This document shows positions 33,275-46,557 of a stretch of 64,000 nt of DNA, in pieces. Under the pieces are notes generated by a model that saw nothing but the letters and a program-made list of their open reading frames with translations, had not been told where the DNA came from and did no database searches. Origin of the DNA: an uncultured Chloroflexia bacterium (GTDB taxonomy: Bacteria > Chloroflexota > Anaerolineae > Anaerolineales > UBA4823); the NCBI GenBank assembly GCA_963828845.1, contig CAWHGE010000017.1:8981-72980 (forward strand), in the 5' to 3' direction. The translations under genes and the position numbers were made by a program. Within the stretch, counting starts at the first letter, position 1, and every line of letters starts with the position of its first letter.

Positions 33275-36200
33275 TCAAGCGTTATTCGGAGGCAATTCGT
33301 TGAGCGAAGGTCGACTATCTTCTGGATCTCCCATAATCACCTCAACATTGTGTTCCTGTCCATCGTCAATCAAGGGGATAGACATAAGGCCCAATATTTT
33401 CCCATCCAATTTCACATACTGAACATTATGAGCAAGGTGTCTGGGGTTGTAAACCTTTATTTGATAGCAAGTTGCCCCGAATAGATATTTAATTTCATAC
33501 CCGTCCCAGGTTGGTGGAATTACCGGATCAATGCTCAGGGTGTCACCGGTTTTCTTGAAACCAAGGAGCGCCGTCAGACCGAGACGGTACATCCATGCAG
33601 CCGAACCGGTATACCAGGTCCATCCACCACGATGCAAGTAAGGTGGTTGACTGTAGATATCAGCACATATCACATAAGGCTCGACGCGATATTCAGCTGC
33701 CTTCTCCTCTGAATCGGAATGGAAGATAGGATTTAGAAGATCGAAGAGTTCACCCAGCTTGCTTTCCATCACCTAGTTGGGCGAAAGCCCAGGCAGTCCA
33801 GATGGCGGCGTGTGTGTACTGCCCGCCGTTTTCGCGTATGCCCGGAAGATAACCTTTAATATAGCCTGGATCATGCTCAGTTTTGTCAAAAGGTGGTGTG
33901 AAGAGCAGAGACAATCGGTCCTGCGGGAGAACCAACCGTTCCAACACTGATTGCATCGCCTGACGGCTGTGACTGGGATCGCCAGCTCCACTTAATACAG
34001 CCCACGACTGGGCAATTCCATCAATCTGGCATTCAGGATCCTGGATCGAGCCGAGTGGGAAACCATCATCATAATAGGCACGACGATACCACGCTCCGTC
34101 CCAGGCTGTTTGCTCAACTGCGGCAGCATATTCCTTAGACCGGCTCCGGTAATATTCGGCTGTTTCGCTATCTCCCCGATGTTCACAGATTCGAGCGAAG
34201 CGCTCAAGGACATCGCATAGAAACCAGGCCAGCCAGACACTTTCCCCTTTTCCTTCTTCCCCTACTCGGTTCAGGGCATCATTCCAATCACCAGTACCAA
34301 TCAAAGGTAGGCCATGCGAGCCGCTGGTGGCGCCTTTTTTGATCGCCCGGTGGCAATGTTCTATCAGAGGATATGATTCTTTGGTCTGTGGATATTGGTT
34401 ATAGCGTTCGTTTTCATCCTTATTCAATGGTGGTGCTTCCAGGAAGGGTATTTTTTCTTCGAGAATACTCACGTCGCCAGTGGTTTCGACGTACAAGGCA
34501 GTCGCATACGGAAGCCACAGCAGGTCATCCGAGATACGCGTTCGCACACCGCGACCGGAAGGTGGGTGCCACCAATGCATTACGTCGCCTTCAGTGAATT
34601 GAAGTTGGGCAGCGTTGAGTATCTGGCCGCGGGAAATAGCCGGATCGATCGGAAGCAAGGCTAGAACATCCTGAAGCTGGTCCGCGGAAGCCAAATGCTC
34701 CACTGGGCTGATAAAAAGCCGACCGCCCCCAGATCCGGCAGGAGAGGCTCTGGTAGAGCATCCAACGGTTGAGGATCAAATCGGTAGCTGGTTCAGGAGT
34801 ATGCACCTGGACTGTACTTGAGTAGGTGGTCCCAGAACACCCTTGTTCGCTCCAGAGCAGCGCCCACGTAAGCCGGAGTCATGGTATTTTTTGGCCAGCT
34901 CAAGGGCATGTTCCTTATTGCTCCCTTGCCCCAGCACAAAGTAAATCTCTTCAACCGCACCAGGGAGTAGATCGAGGTGTAACTGGAGTACCGCACAAAT
35001 ATCCTCACTGGGTGAAAGACGAGTTTCCAGCCCGATACGATGCAAAGCAGCCGGAAAGGCGAGTGTTCCACCCCGCCCCAAGAACTCCATCCGGTCGGTT
35101 GTCAATCCGTGGACTGGTTTACTGGCGATGAGGAAGGCGGTTCTCTCGCCAAATTCAGCGTTGTAGGGGTTGGTAGCCAGCAGGCAGTATTCAGCCGCGT
35201 CATACTCTGGAATGATATATGGTAGTGATGCGGCATGAGTAGTACCCAACACCCATTCGATGTACTGGGTAGCTGTAATCCGACGATTGTGATTCCAGGT
35301 GTTTTCAACCCGCAAGTGGATAATTTTAACCGGGTCTTCTGGACTGGCAAATAGCGTCAGACGCTGGCGAAGACCGTGTGAATTATGCTCGAAGATGGTG
35401 TAGCCCGCGCCATGTCTAACCCGATAGGGCTGGTCTGCACCAGCAGGAAGAGGCGTGGGAGTCCAAACATCGCCGGTTTCTTCATCTCGCAGGTAGAGCA
35501 CTTCACCCGTTGGGTCGCGTACCGGGTCGTTTGACCAGGGTGTGAGGCGGTTTTCTCCGCTGTTCACCGCCCAGGTGCACTGGCTGCCGGTTTCGCTAAC
35601 CATAAAACCAAAATAAGGATAACCGATAACGTTGACCCACGGGGCAGGAGTACGCCTGCCGGGGCTCAGCTCAATGATATATTCCCGGCCATCTGCATTA
35701 AAACCGCCATAACCGTTATAAAACTGCAAGGGTCCTGTTGAGGGGAGGGGATCCTCCTGACTGGGAACGCCAATGCCTTCGGTGGACCTGGTTGGTATAA
35801 ATTCGGGCAGATGAGCAGCCTGGATTGTGTACTCCGGAATTTGATCATCCAGGGATCCGTGATCTCCCCTAAAAAGGATGTATCCCGCGGTCTGTAGCAA
35901 AGCGTGTTCCTCAGGATTGATCTGATCCGCATAAAGGATGAAGATCCCGCCGCGCTTAGTCAACCACTGCTCGCTGTTTAGACGGTTTACCAAGCGATAG
36001 AGCATACCATTCAACTCGGCGCCGTAATCGGTTACTTGATGATTGAGAATGACGATATCCACCATAAAACGGCGGCTACGTAAAAATTCATGTACCTGTA
36101 AAACCTCACGGATCAGGTCGATCTGCTTGGGATCTTCAATCTCGACCAGCAATATCGGATAATCGCCTGAAATACCAAAGCGCCACAAACCAGCCTGACC

Positions 36201-39200
36201 AAGCCGATTTCCTGCAATTATTTCAGTTGAAGCACGCACGGCCTTGAACGGATATATCAGTGCGGAGAGCACCTGCAAGGTATTTTTGAATGACCGAGAA
36301 TCGTAGTTTTGCTTCCCCAGCCAGGTCTGGACGGATATGTTAGCTTGATGATAGGAACGCTCAATGAGAGACCAGCTGGAATACCGCTTGGCTAATGCCA
36401 GGACTGCTTCCCGACTGTCTCCAGCGAAGGTTAGATATGCCAGCTCAGCACTTTCGTGAGGGCTAAGTTTGATCTCCTGTCCAAGTGCAAAGATCGGATC
36501 AAGTGTAGCGCCAGTTGTTCCTGTGAGGTACTCCTTAGCATCAAGTGCAGCTGGGTTGCGGAGAGTACGGCCTCGGCCGATAAATCGATTGCGGTCAGCT
36601 TCATGACGTATCACCGGTTGGTCATCATGAAATTCGCCTTTACGATCGACAACCAGCATGTGTCCCATGAAGATGGGCTTTTCATCGCTGGAACGGGGTC
36701 GTCGTGAGAAAATTTGCATATTTAGCTCAGGTACAAATTCACTCTTGATAAAAAGCTTGTTGTAAGCTGGATGGCGCCTGTCTGCAGCCTGTTGTGCAAG
36801 GATCACTTCCCCATAGGAAGTCAGACGCAGGTGGTGCAGCTGGCTATTCGTATTGTGCAAATGAATGCGACGGATCTCAACCGGGTCGTCAGGACATACA
36901 GTGACTTCCATGGTTGAGGTAACATCATTCTCCGTGCGGTGAAAGACCGCCATATGGGCGAAGAAAGTCACCTGCATATTTTCCGCATTGGTAGGGATGG
37001 GTTGGAACCCTGTCGACCAAAGTCCTCCAGGGGTCACTTCCTCTTCGTCTCTGAGATTCATATCTTGAATGTAGATCCAGGTTCCCCATGGATCAAGTAC
37101 GCCATCCGCCTGCCACCGTGTCAGGTCTATATCGCGCCAGGTACTATACCCACTTCCCATATTGGAGAGTAAGACCCCATAATTACCATTGGAGAGGAGA
37201 TTAACCTGTGGGATAGCGGTCTCAACCGGCACACTCCAGGGATCTATTTCGACTGGGGCTACTGAAAACCGCATTACTCCTTTAACATCCTCTGCATAAG
37301 GATTTTGTAGAGGAACTGCCTGCGGTATCTGCTCTTGTAAAAGCAGCTCGACACTCTGGATACGGGGGTCGTTGTGCATCCGGCGTACCATTATGTTTTT
37401 ATCTAAATAATTTACCAATGCCATTAAGATCATGCCCTGGTGGTGAGACATGTACTCATGAACCACAGATGAGGTATCGCCCACCGGTAGTCGGTCAGCT
37501 GTGAAATCAATCGACTCATACAGACCGTACAATCCAAAGCTGTTGAGCTCGATTAGGCTCCCTAGATTTTGGGCTACAGCATGGGGGTTGTAACCGATCG
37601 CCATAAGCGAGGCGTAAGGTGTAACAACCAGATCGTCTCCCAATCCACGTTTAAAGCCCAGCCCTGGAACCCCAAATGCGCGATATTGGTAATTTTGATT
37701 GGCGTCAAACAGGTAAAAACCGGATTCGGAGATACCCCACGGGACATCTTTTGCCTTTCCATATGCGATTTGATGGAGGACTGCTCCCTGTGCGCTTTCT
37801 GCCAACAGCGTGCCTGGGTAGGAGCGTAGGAAAAGCGCCGGCATCAGGTATTCAAACATGGTCGCACTCCAGGAAAGCAGGACATATGTCCCTTCTACCC
37901 GGGTTAACGGCCGGCTAAGTTGCAGCCAGTGGGATTGAGGCACTTCTCCCTTTGCCAGGGCAATGATGGAGGCGATCCGTGCCTCAGAGGCCAGTAGATC
38001 GTAGTAGTTATTGTCGAGCTGACCGGTGTCAAGGTTAAAACCGTTGTGGAACACTCGCCGTTGCGGGTGATAAAGGAATTGGAAATCCATCTCTATCACA
38101 AATTGCTCAGCACGGATCGCACTTTGAGTGTAACTATTCAGCAGTTCATCAGCATTGGCTCCAGCCTGCGCTAAAGCCTGGTCCATTGCATCCAACCATT
38201 CCATCCGCTTCGCGTTCCGGACCAGATTCGGGAACGTGGATGAGTTGGATTTCCTTTAGAAGATTGCGTAATGCGGCTGTGCTGGTTAAGCCAGCAGTGG
38301 CGTAGGTGCGGATCTCGCCGAGGTGTGGATTGTAAGGTAAATTAGCTCTCAATGTGTTCAACCCTTGCACAAATTGAGACTCATTGAAAAGCACGGGAAC
38401 CTGCTCCAGCAAGTGAATCCAGGGCACCAGTTCAGCAAGCGTTCGTTGTATGGCTTGGTGATGACGTTCAACCTGGGATGCGACTTCTTGCAGCTTGCGC
38501 AGTGCTTCCAAATCGAAAGCTGCACTGCCTACCTCTATCAGCTCAATCAGGCGCTTCGAGAGATCTGGCCAAAATTGTTCATTTATAGTCTGAAAGAGTG
38601 CAAACCAAAGGTTTGGTTCCATCCGCACTGCCAGGATTTTATCGTTCATCTCGGCAATTTTGCGGTTGATTTCCTGAACCGGGTGGTCAAATTCAGCCTT
38701 GCGCATCCCTTTTAATATTTCGGTCAGATTGGAAAGCGTATCCAGGTAACCCTGCCATAGATCCCAACGAAAAATTCGTTCTGTCGGCATGCTCTTACAC
38801 GCCTGAGCAGTTACGATCAGGCTGGCAGCCAGGTTACCGCTGTCTACAGTAGAAATGTAGCGCGGCTTGAGCGGCTGCAGGGTCAGCGTATCATACCAAT
38901 TTAAGAAATGCCCGCGGAAACGTTCCAGCTGGTCTAGGGTATCTATCGTTATGGAGAGGCGGGTTGCCAATCCGAGTTGATCCAGGTATCCAAGGTCGTA
39001 AGCAGCCAGAGTGGAGGTGAGTAGCAGGCCGATGTTGGACGGTGAGGTGTGGTGTGCGACGATCCCAACGGGCGCCTCCTGGAAGTGATCGGGTGGCAGC
39101 CAGTGATCTTCCGGGCCAACGAATCTCTCAAAGAAGCCCCAGGTACGCCGGGCAACCTGTCGAAAGAGAATTGTTTGCTCTTTACTCAACGGATTCGTAC

Positions 39201-42189
39201 GGTGCATGATGGGCTGGTCAATCCATTGGGCGATCAATGGCGAAAATATCCAAAGCAGCAGCATGGGTAGAGCGAAGAACAAGGCAGATGACACTCCACT
39301 TCCGGTAATACTATAAACCAGCAGGATTCCACCGGCTAAAATTACCACCATAAGGGTCGACGCGATCATCCTCAGCCAGGATGTATTCCGGTAGACCTGC
39401 AAGCCAAACAGGCGGGCAGTTTGGGCAGCAGTGGTCCACTGCAATAGGTTGCGGTGACTTATAAAAAGGCGATAGAGAGTCGTCAGGATGGCATCCAAAG
39501 CGTTATATGCCTCGTATGGAAGGAAAGCCACCGCTAACGTCCAGCGTACGAAGGACCATCGTAAGGGATGAAACGCTGCGCCGAAACTTTCGCCTCCCAG
39601 GGTTTGAAGAGCACTCCTGGCCATACTTGTCAGAACAGGGATGCCTAAAGAAAGCAGGACAATTACTATCCAAAGCCCTATGAGATCAGGCAGGGAAATA
39701 ATACCTAAAAAGAAGATAAACATGAGGGATGGAGCGAGCATTGCCCGTAACAGGTTATCAATCATTTTCCAACGATCGATACCTGTGAATTTAATCCTGA
39801 ATTTTCCTGGATGAATCAGCCAGGGTAAGAGCTGCCAGTCTCCGCGGTTCCAGCGCTGTTGGCGCTTGACTTGGACAATATAGTTCGATGGGTAATCCTC
39901 GATCATGGTGATATCAGTGACCAGTCCAGCGCGGCCTAAGATCCCTTCCAACAGGTCGTGACTGAGCACGGTGTTTTCGGGAATATGTCTATCCACGCTG
40001 CGCTCAAATGCGTCTACATCATAAATACCTTTGCCAACGTAGCTTCCCTCACCAAACAAGTCTTGGTAAGCGTCAGAAACTGCCCGTGTGTACAAATCCA
40101 GCCCGGTATCTCCAGCAAAAATCCGGGTAAACCACGAATAATTGGCGCTTCTTGGATGGGTCTCCATGCGGGGTTGTAGGATGGTGTAGCCGGAAACTAC
40201 CTGGTTGGTTGTGTCAACGAACTTAGCATGATTCAATGGATGGGCCAGTGTACCAGCCAAACGTCTGGCTGCACCGCGTGGTAGGATGGTATCTGCATCC
40301 AGGGTGATCACGAAACGGACGCATTGTAATTCTGCAATTTCTGACATCTGGTTTGTGACGGTAGAAAACGATGTATCTTTAGCACCCCGCAGCAGCTTGT
40401 TCAGTTCATGTAGTTTGCCACGTTTACGTTCCCACCCCATCCACCTTCCTTCAGATTGGTTCCATAAGCGTTTCCGGTGGAGAAAATAAAACGATTGTGC
40501 GCCTTCCAGGATGGGTTGCTTTATTCGTTCATTATCCTCAAGGTTCCCAGCTTCGATCAGTTGAGCTACACTGCTGTCAGCGCTCGTGTTGCAGTCAGGG
40601 ATCGAACGACTATATTTGGTGTTCAATTTCTCAATGGCAACGGTGGCGTACCTTATCATTTCTTCATCTTCAGGCAGGGTTTCGCTGTCCGCGTCGCCGA
40701 AATCTGTCAGTAAAGCAAAAAGCAATCCTGGGTCTGAGTTGCGTAGAAAATTCATTTCAAGCTGGCGAGTCAGGTTGTCTATTTCCCTATGGTTGGTGAT
40801 TAAGGCAGGGATAACTACCAGCGTCCGGAACGGATCTGGAATCCCGTCCACGAAATTCAACTTGGGAAGGATGCGGGGTTTTATCATCAATGTGATTAAC
40901 CAATTGACTAGGCTGGCGGACACTGTCCATATGGGAGCCAACAATGCAATCGCCAGCAACAGGACCGAAATCCATTGCAATGGAGAACCGGCCTGAAATA
41001 TCTCCCGCAGATTGATTTCAAGTGAGATTACCCCCAAGATCAGCAGGCTAAGGAAAAAGATGGTCCCGAGGTATAAGGCACTGGCATGCTGCATTCCCCA
41101 CCGTTTGAGCGTTGCTTTCACATCTGGATGATAGCCAATCCTTTCCTCTAATACGGCTCGGCTTTTCCCAAGTAAATATTCGCCTACATGTGGGATTGGG
41201 TCGTCGAGAGACCTTTCAACTCCACTTGTGCCTGGAAATATTCCAGCAGGTTCGGTTTCACCTGTGCTACTTTCACGGGCCAGGTCGAGCGTGATTTTAG
41301 CCAGTTCATTTTCTTCTTGGCCACATGCAAACGAAAGCGACTCGATTTCTTTTCGGTACATGTCGCGGGTTTTAAAGTCCATCAAAGGGTATATTCCAGC
41401 CGGGTCTTCACGCAGAGTCCGTTCCAGCTTGCAAACTGCTTCAAAAAAGTCATTCCAGTTTTGTTCGGAAATGGTACGAAAACTGAGGATAATATTGGCC
41501 ACGACCCCGCTGGCTAACGTATCGCCCGTTGCAGTGTGGTTTGCTGTAAAAGGATTGTCAGTCTCCACAAGCATTGGAGGGAAGACAGGTAAGTTAGGTG
41601 GTGATTGGGGATGGATTATCCAGTCGAGTGTGTGCGCCAGCTTTTCTATCAGGCTGTAACGCAGGAAAATCGGCAAAGCCCATAATTCGCCCATTGTCAG
41701 GGGAACATGTTCCTGAACCTGAATCAGGATGGCTTGAAGGTCCAGCACATTCAATAAATAATTTTGGAAGAAAATCACAACCCGCCCAATTGCATAAATG
41801 CGTGGCAGACCTTTCAATGGTCCTCCTGCCAATTTAGGCAACTGCTTATAATAACCAGCGGGCAAATCTTCACCGATTTGCCGGAGAGCTTGCCGGATGA
41901 TGTAGTAATTGTCCAGCACCCATTCCGAGGCAAGAGTAAGCGTTAGATCCTTATTCGAAGCCTCCCGGAAATAGGCATGCGCCTTTTCCAGCCAATCTTC
42001 ATACACCTTGAGCTCGCCTCCCCCTATAACAGTCCTCTTCCCAGGCTCCATCGGAAATTGGCTTATTTCCTGATAATTCCTTACCAGAAAATTGGCCAGT
42101 GCTTGTATTTGTTCAGTTTTTGACGAAAATGAATTTCCCGAGATAGGAAAGTCCTGTTCTCGGATTTTATTATCATGGTCTTCCGGCAT
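33275..42189 (-). CDS. ndvB: Cyclic beta-1,2-glucan synthase-like (GT84 + glycoamylase + GH94); about 4 frameshifts
   Basis: [79 protein letters not shown]. Confidence 0.88.
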
Positions 42190-42191
42190 GC

Positions 42192-43220
42192 TTAACGTCT
42201 CCCGGATTTTTCTGCCGCAACTTCCGCCATCGTTGGTCTTACTTGAGAACGCGGTATATCCTGAATAATCAGGAGGGGCTTGGTGCCATTTTCTATGTAA
42301 TTGCGTGTAACGGTTCCGTAAGGCCAGGTAACTTGCCCAGAATAACCATGAGCGCAAAGGATTACCAGGTCGATATCTTCCTGCTCGGCTAAATCCTGTA
42401 TTGCCGAAGGCACGCTAGTACTCTCGACCACACAGGTATCACAATCTACCGGCAAACGCTCTTTCATCTCGTAAAGGTATCTGTCAACAGCCTGGCGGCT
42501 GAGTTGTAACAACTTTTCTGTGAGCTGGCTAATTTCGATCGGGAAGGGTTCCGGTATAGGGAGTTCGGGCGGTCGAATCACGGCAGCTAAGAAGAGTGTC
42601 GATTTGTCACCAGCGGCTTCTGGTGTGCTTTCAGTAGACAATTCGCCTCGCGCCAGCTCAATCCCGGCAGAGAGGGAACACTCAGCGCGGCGGGAGCTGT
42701 CAATCGGGAGTAGAATTCGGCGATAACGTTTTATGTTTTCATCCATGCTGGTTCGGTCATAAGAGCGCACGATCAGAACGGGTAGATAGATCAAATTAAT
42801 CACTTTTTGGGTGATACTGCTGATGTTCCAACGACTCAGACCGCTTGAGCCATGCGTACAGATAACCAGCAGGTCGATATTCTCGGTATGCGCAAAGTCG
42901 ACGATGTTTTCCGCAGCTTTTCCTTCTCGGATGGAATAATCAACCCGACTCTTTTTATCATCTTCATCCATCCTGATAGTTTCGCCCAGATTTTCTCGGA
43001 CTCTGTCTGCGATCCCTTGCATATATGCATCAGCCTCAGCTTTATGAAGTTGCCAACGCAATGGATCAACAGCTGCAGGGTTTTCGTGAAAAGAGATAGG
43101 TTCAAGAACCCGTAAAAGATGGATGCTTGCCCCAAAGATGCGAGAAAATAGCTCGGCATGCGGAATCGCTCCTTCAGCAAGCGACGATCCATCCAATGGC
43201 ACTAGGATCCGGGTAAACAT
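42192..43220 (-). CDS. Tandem-domain universal stress protein
   Basis: RILVPLDGSSLAE and RILLPIDSSRRAE; THGSSG / AHGYSG. Confidence 0.92.
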   Translation of the reverse strand: MFTRILVPLDGSSLAEGAIPHAELFSRIFGASIHLLRVLEPISFHENPAAVDPLRWQLHKAEADAYMQGIADRVRENLGETIRMDEDDKKSRVDYSIREGKAAENIVDFAHTENIDLLVICTHGSSGLSRWNISSITQKVINLIYLPVLIVRSYDRTSMDENIKRYRRILLPIDSSRRAECSLSAGIELARGELSTESTPEAAGDKSTLFLAAVIRPPELPIPEPFPIEISQLTEKLLQLSRQAVDRYLYEMKERLPVDCDTCVVESTSVPSAIQDLAEQEDIDLVILCAHGYSGQVTWPYGTVTRNYIENGTKPLLIIQDIPRSQVRPTMAEVAAEKSGRR

Positions 43221-43693
43221 GATATTAACTCCTTTCTATCCAGAAAACCTAAAGAAGTGACAGTAGAGGTTTGATTAGTGTTCCAGGCAACCCATCGATG
43301 AGTATAGTCTGGAGTGCGCTCAGCATGGGTGACAGGCTATAGTAGGTTGAGGACAATCGCCCAAGCAAAACTTGTGATGGGGCTCTCTAAGCAAATCCAT
43401 AAATCGGTGATGGAGCTGGACGGTTCGGCTATGATTTTGGCAACACCGCTATAGCCCCGAAGGTTAACGTGCAAAAAGATCAAAGATAAGATCAAAAATA
43501 CCCCGCCCTGACCGGCTGACCACACCAGAGACGAAGCAATCAGAGAAGAGAGAAATATCAAACCGACCCGCCTCCATTGTATCAGCATTACCGCAAGTAG
43601 CGTTGCACGAGTGGAAAGGTGACTTAGTCGCCTGATTGGGAGACTGATTCGGCACTCGGATATTCTTGGATGGGTGAGCGAGGGACGGGTCGG

Positions 43694-43807
43694 CTACTTG
43701 TGGATGGGAATGCTCTTGCCTGCTTCTTGTTTCAGCCGTCGCAGGTGCGTGCGCACCCCTTTGGATAATCGCTTTTTCTTCTTCTTTTCGTTTTTATGGT
43801 CTGCCAT
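43694..43807 (-). CDS. Small basic protein (37 aa)
   Basis: RBS aggag; MADHKNEKKKKKRLSKGVRTHLRRLKQEAGKSIPIHK; below ORF-track cutoff. Confidence 0.5.
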   Translation of the reverse strand: MADHKNEKKKKKRLSKGVRTHLRRLKQEAGKSIPIHK

Positions 43808-43854
43808 TGGCCTAACTCCTGTTTTGATAAAGTCGGCTCATACCTAAGTGCGGC

Positions 43855-45333
43855 TTAGCCAACGTGCAGCTCGACTACCTGGCGGAAATGGAAACCCATG
43901 ATGGCCAGCGTGATTGCTAACGGGAACAGCCGTGGGTGCCGGAACAGTGTCCAGAAAAAGAGTCGCCAATATTGGACACGCTCGACGCCACGGATCCCCA
44001 ATTGGTAGATCGAACGCCACAATGCCAGTATGTACTGCGTATCCAGGTGAATCCGGATTTCTGGTGGGTGGTACTCGCGCAGAAAAGTCAAAACGCGTTC
44101 ATAATAGAACTTGGGAGCGTATATTTGGGCCAGGAGCTTACGATAACCTTCCTGGAGTGATTCCAGGCCCATCTTAGGGATGATGTTCGTCGAGCCATCC
44201 ACGTTATCACCTGACATTTCATTCACCAGGCGACCTTCTTTTCGCATACGCTCATACAAACGTGTTCCTGGAGGGGCTTGCAGCAACCCCACCATGGCTG
44301 TCACGATCCCACTTTTTTGGATGAAATCAATCTGCTGTTGGAAGATGGAGGGCGGATCGTTATCAAAACCAACAATGAAACCTCCCTGTACCTGAAGACC
44401 AGCGCGCTGGAGTTGCTTTACGCTTTCTACCAGGTCTCGCCCCTTGTTTTGGTTCTTACTGCATTCGGTCAGGCTGCTTTCGTTGGGTGTTTCGATACCA
44501 ACAAACACCGTGTCAAATCCGGCTTGCGTCATGAGGTTGATCAGCTCGGGATCGTCAGCCAAATTAATGGAAACTTCAGTGCTAAACGGCATACCAGTCT
44601 TGCCCTTACGCCATTCAATCAAAGCCGGAAGGATTTCAGACTTGATCTGCTTCTTGTTGCCGATAAAGTTGTCATCCACAAAGAATATGCTTTTGCGCCA
44701 GCCCAACCCATACAGGCTGTCCAGCTCAGCGATGATTTGGGCAGCGGTTTTGGTGCGTGGACGATGTCCGAGCAGCGCAGTCACATTACAAAAGTCGCAG
44801 CTGAACGGACAGCCTCGCGAGAACTGGATGCTGAATGTGTCGTAATGCTTGAGATTTACCAGCTGCCACAAGGGAGCGGGCGTTTGGTGGATATCAGGGT
44901 ACTCGCTCGTGGTATATAGGTGTTGGGCGTGCCCTTTTGCCAGGTCTTCCAGGAATAATGGCAGAGTCAGCTCGGCTTCGTTGAGCACGAAATGATCGAC
45001 TTCCGGGAACTGCTCATGCTCCATGGTGAAAAGTGGTCCCCCTGCCACCACTTTTGTACCAAAATCCTTACATTGGGCAATCAATGTACGTGCGGCATCA
45101 CGCTGTACGATCATGGCGCTGATGAACACGTAATCAGCCCAGTCCAGGTCATCGGAAGTCAGACCGGTCACATTGAGGTCAACCAGCCGTTTTTCCCATT
45201 CTGAAGGTAGCAATGCTGCCACGGTTAACAGACCTAATGGGGGGGAAGCAGCTTTTTTATGGATGAACCGGAGGGCGTGCTTGAAACTCCAAAAGGTGTC
45301 GGGGAACTCGGGGTATACCAGTAAGATTCTCAT
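43855..45333 (-). CDS. B12-binding radical SAM protein (DUF4070, HpnP-like family)
   Basis: PPLGLLTVAA, GGP, RGCPFSCDFC, FVDDNF, GFIVGFDND. Confidence 0.92.
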   Translation of the reverse strand: MRILLVYPEFPDTFWSFKHALRFIHKKAASPPLGLLTVAALLPSEWEKRLVDLNVTGLTSDDLDWADYVFISAMIVQRDAARTLIAQCKDFGTKVVAGGPLFTMEHEQFPEVDHFVLNEAELTLPLFLEDLAKGHAQHLYTTSEYPDIHQTPAPLWQLVNLKHYDTFSIQFSRGCPFSCDFCNVTALLGHRPRTKTAAQIIAELDSLYGLGWRKSIFFVDDNFIGNKKQIKSEILPALIEWRKGKTGMPFSTEVSINLADDPELINLMTQAGFDTVFVGIETPNESSLTECSKNQNKGRDLVESVKQLQRAGLQVQGGFIVGFDNDPPSIFQQQIDFIQKSGIVTAMVGLLQAPPGTRLYERMRKEGRLVNEMSGDNVDGSTNIIPKMGLESLQEGYRKLLAQIYAPKFYYERVLTFLREYHPPEIRIHLDTQYILALWRSIYQLGIRGVERVQYWRLFFWTLFRHPRLFPLAITLAIMGFHFRQVVELHVG

Positions 45334-45538
45334 GCCAATATTCCTCTAGTCTGGAGCCAGGGCAATTATATGAAATTATATCTATATTATTGTAACAGGT
45401 TTTTTCTCGTTTCTTAGCTGGGCTGAATTTTTTATTCCATGAGGAAAGATAATTAAAATGCCAGAAATAAAAGCAAGTTAGAAATTAAAATTTTAGTCTG
45501 GTAAATGCAGATTTTCGCTGTGTTATACTCGCCTCGTC

Positions 45539-46447
45539 ATGACGTCTGTCGCAATTATTCTGGTCACCATCTCCGCATTCGTGCATGCCTTTTGGAACCT
45601 GCTGAGCAAGCGGCAAAATCCATCCACCGCTTTCTTCTTCGTCGCCTCTGCGTTCGCGGCGATATGTTTCTCACCTCTGCTGCTGGTTTACCATGCAGCT
45701 TTTGCCTCTATCCCGGCGCGTGTTTGGGTGTGGCTGGGGCTCACCAGCGTTTTTGAGGCAATTTATTATATCGGGCTGGCAGGTGCATATCGGCATGGGG
45801 ACATGTCGGTGGCATATCCACTTGCACGCGCACTTCCGGTGATCCTGGTAGCCTGCCTGACAGCCACTTTGGGTCTTGGGAAACCTCTCAATCTTATCGG
45901 CGTGGGGGGTATTCTCCTGGTGGCGATCGGCTGCCTGATCCTGCCACTGCGCAGTTTGCGTCACATCCATCTTGCTAACTATTTGACTGCCTGTGGCTTG
46001 CTGGCGGGTCTGGCAGCCCTGGGTACCACCGGGTACACTCTGGTGGATAACCAGGCATTATTTGACCTGAGATCTGCGCCTGGCATTGGTCTGAGCCAGA
46101 TTGAGATTGCCTTTTTTTATCTGGCGATGGGGAGCATTACCATCAGCATAGCGATGGGAGCAACTATTCTGCTCTCCAGCTCTGAACGAGCAGAATTAAC
46201 CAAAGTCTGGCGAGCGGGGAAAAGGATGGCGTTTGTTACGGGTTTATTGATCGTTGGCACTTATGGTTTGGTGCTGGCGGCCATGCAGTATGCTACCAAT
46301 GTCAGCTATATCGCTGCGTTCCGCCAGTTAAGCATCCCGCTAGGAGCAGTTTTGGGCATCCTGGTACAGAAGGAGCCAGCTTACCCTCCCAAGCTTGCCA
46401 GTATTGCCATCATCTTTGCGGGTCTGGTTCTGATCGCATTGGCATAA
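45539..46447 (+). CDS. EamA/DMT transporter
   Basis: HAFWNLLSK, GDMSVAYPLAR, ~10 TM. Confidence 0.88.
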   Translation: MTSVAIILVTISAFVHAFWNLLSKRQNPSTAFFFVASAFAAICFSPLLLVYHAAFASIPARVWVWLGLTSVFEAIYYIGLAGAYRHGDMSVAYPLARALPVILVACLTATLGLGKPLNLIGVGGILLVAIGCLILPLRSLRHIHLANYLTACGLLAGLAALGTTGYTLVDNQALFDLRSAPGIGLSQIEIAFFYLAMGSITISIAMGATILLSSSERAELTKVWRAGKRMAFVTGLLIVGTYGLVLAAMQYATNVSYIAAFRQLSIPLGAVLGILVQKEPAYPPKLASIAIIFAGLVLIALA

Positions 46448-46557
46448 AGATAGTAAAAAAAACAGAATTTACATTTTTATCATTTGAATAAGGGTGTATC
46501 AGGCTATCACAGGCGGTGTGATAAAATTGTGCCCACACTTATAAAAGGAGCAGATTA

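Noticed and set aside
43337..43588. 83-aa hydrophobic ORF
   Set aside because: No clear RBS or recognisable motif; cannot support
43855..45333. Assigning hpnP (hopanoid C-2 methylase)
   Set aside because: Family is broad and no hopanoid genes are nearby; needs phylogeny
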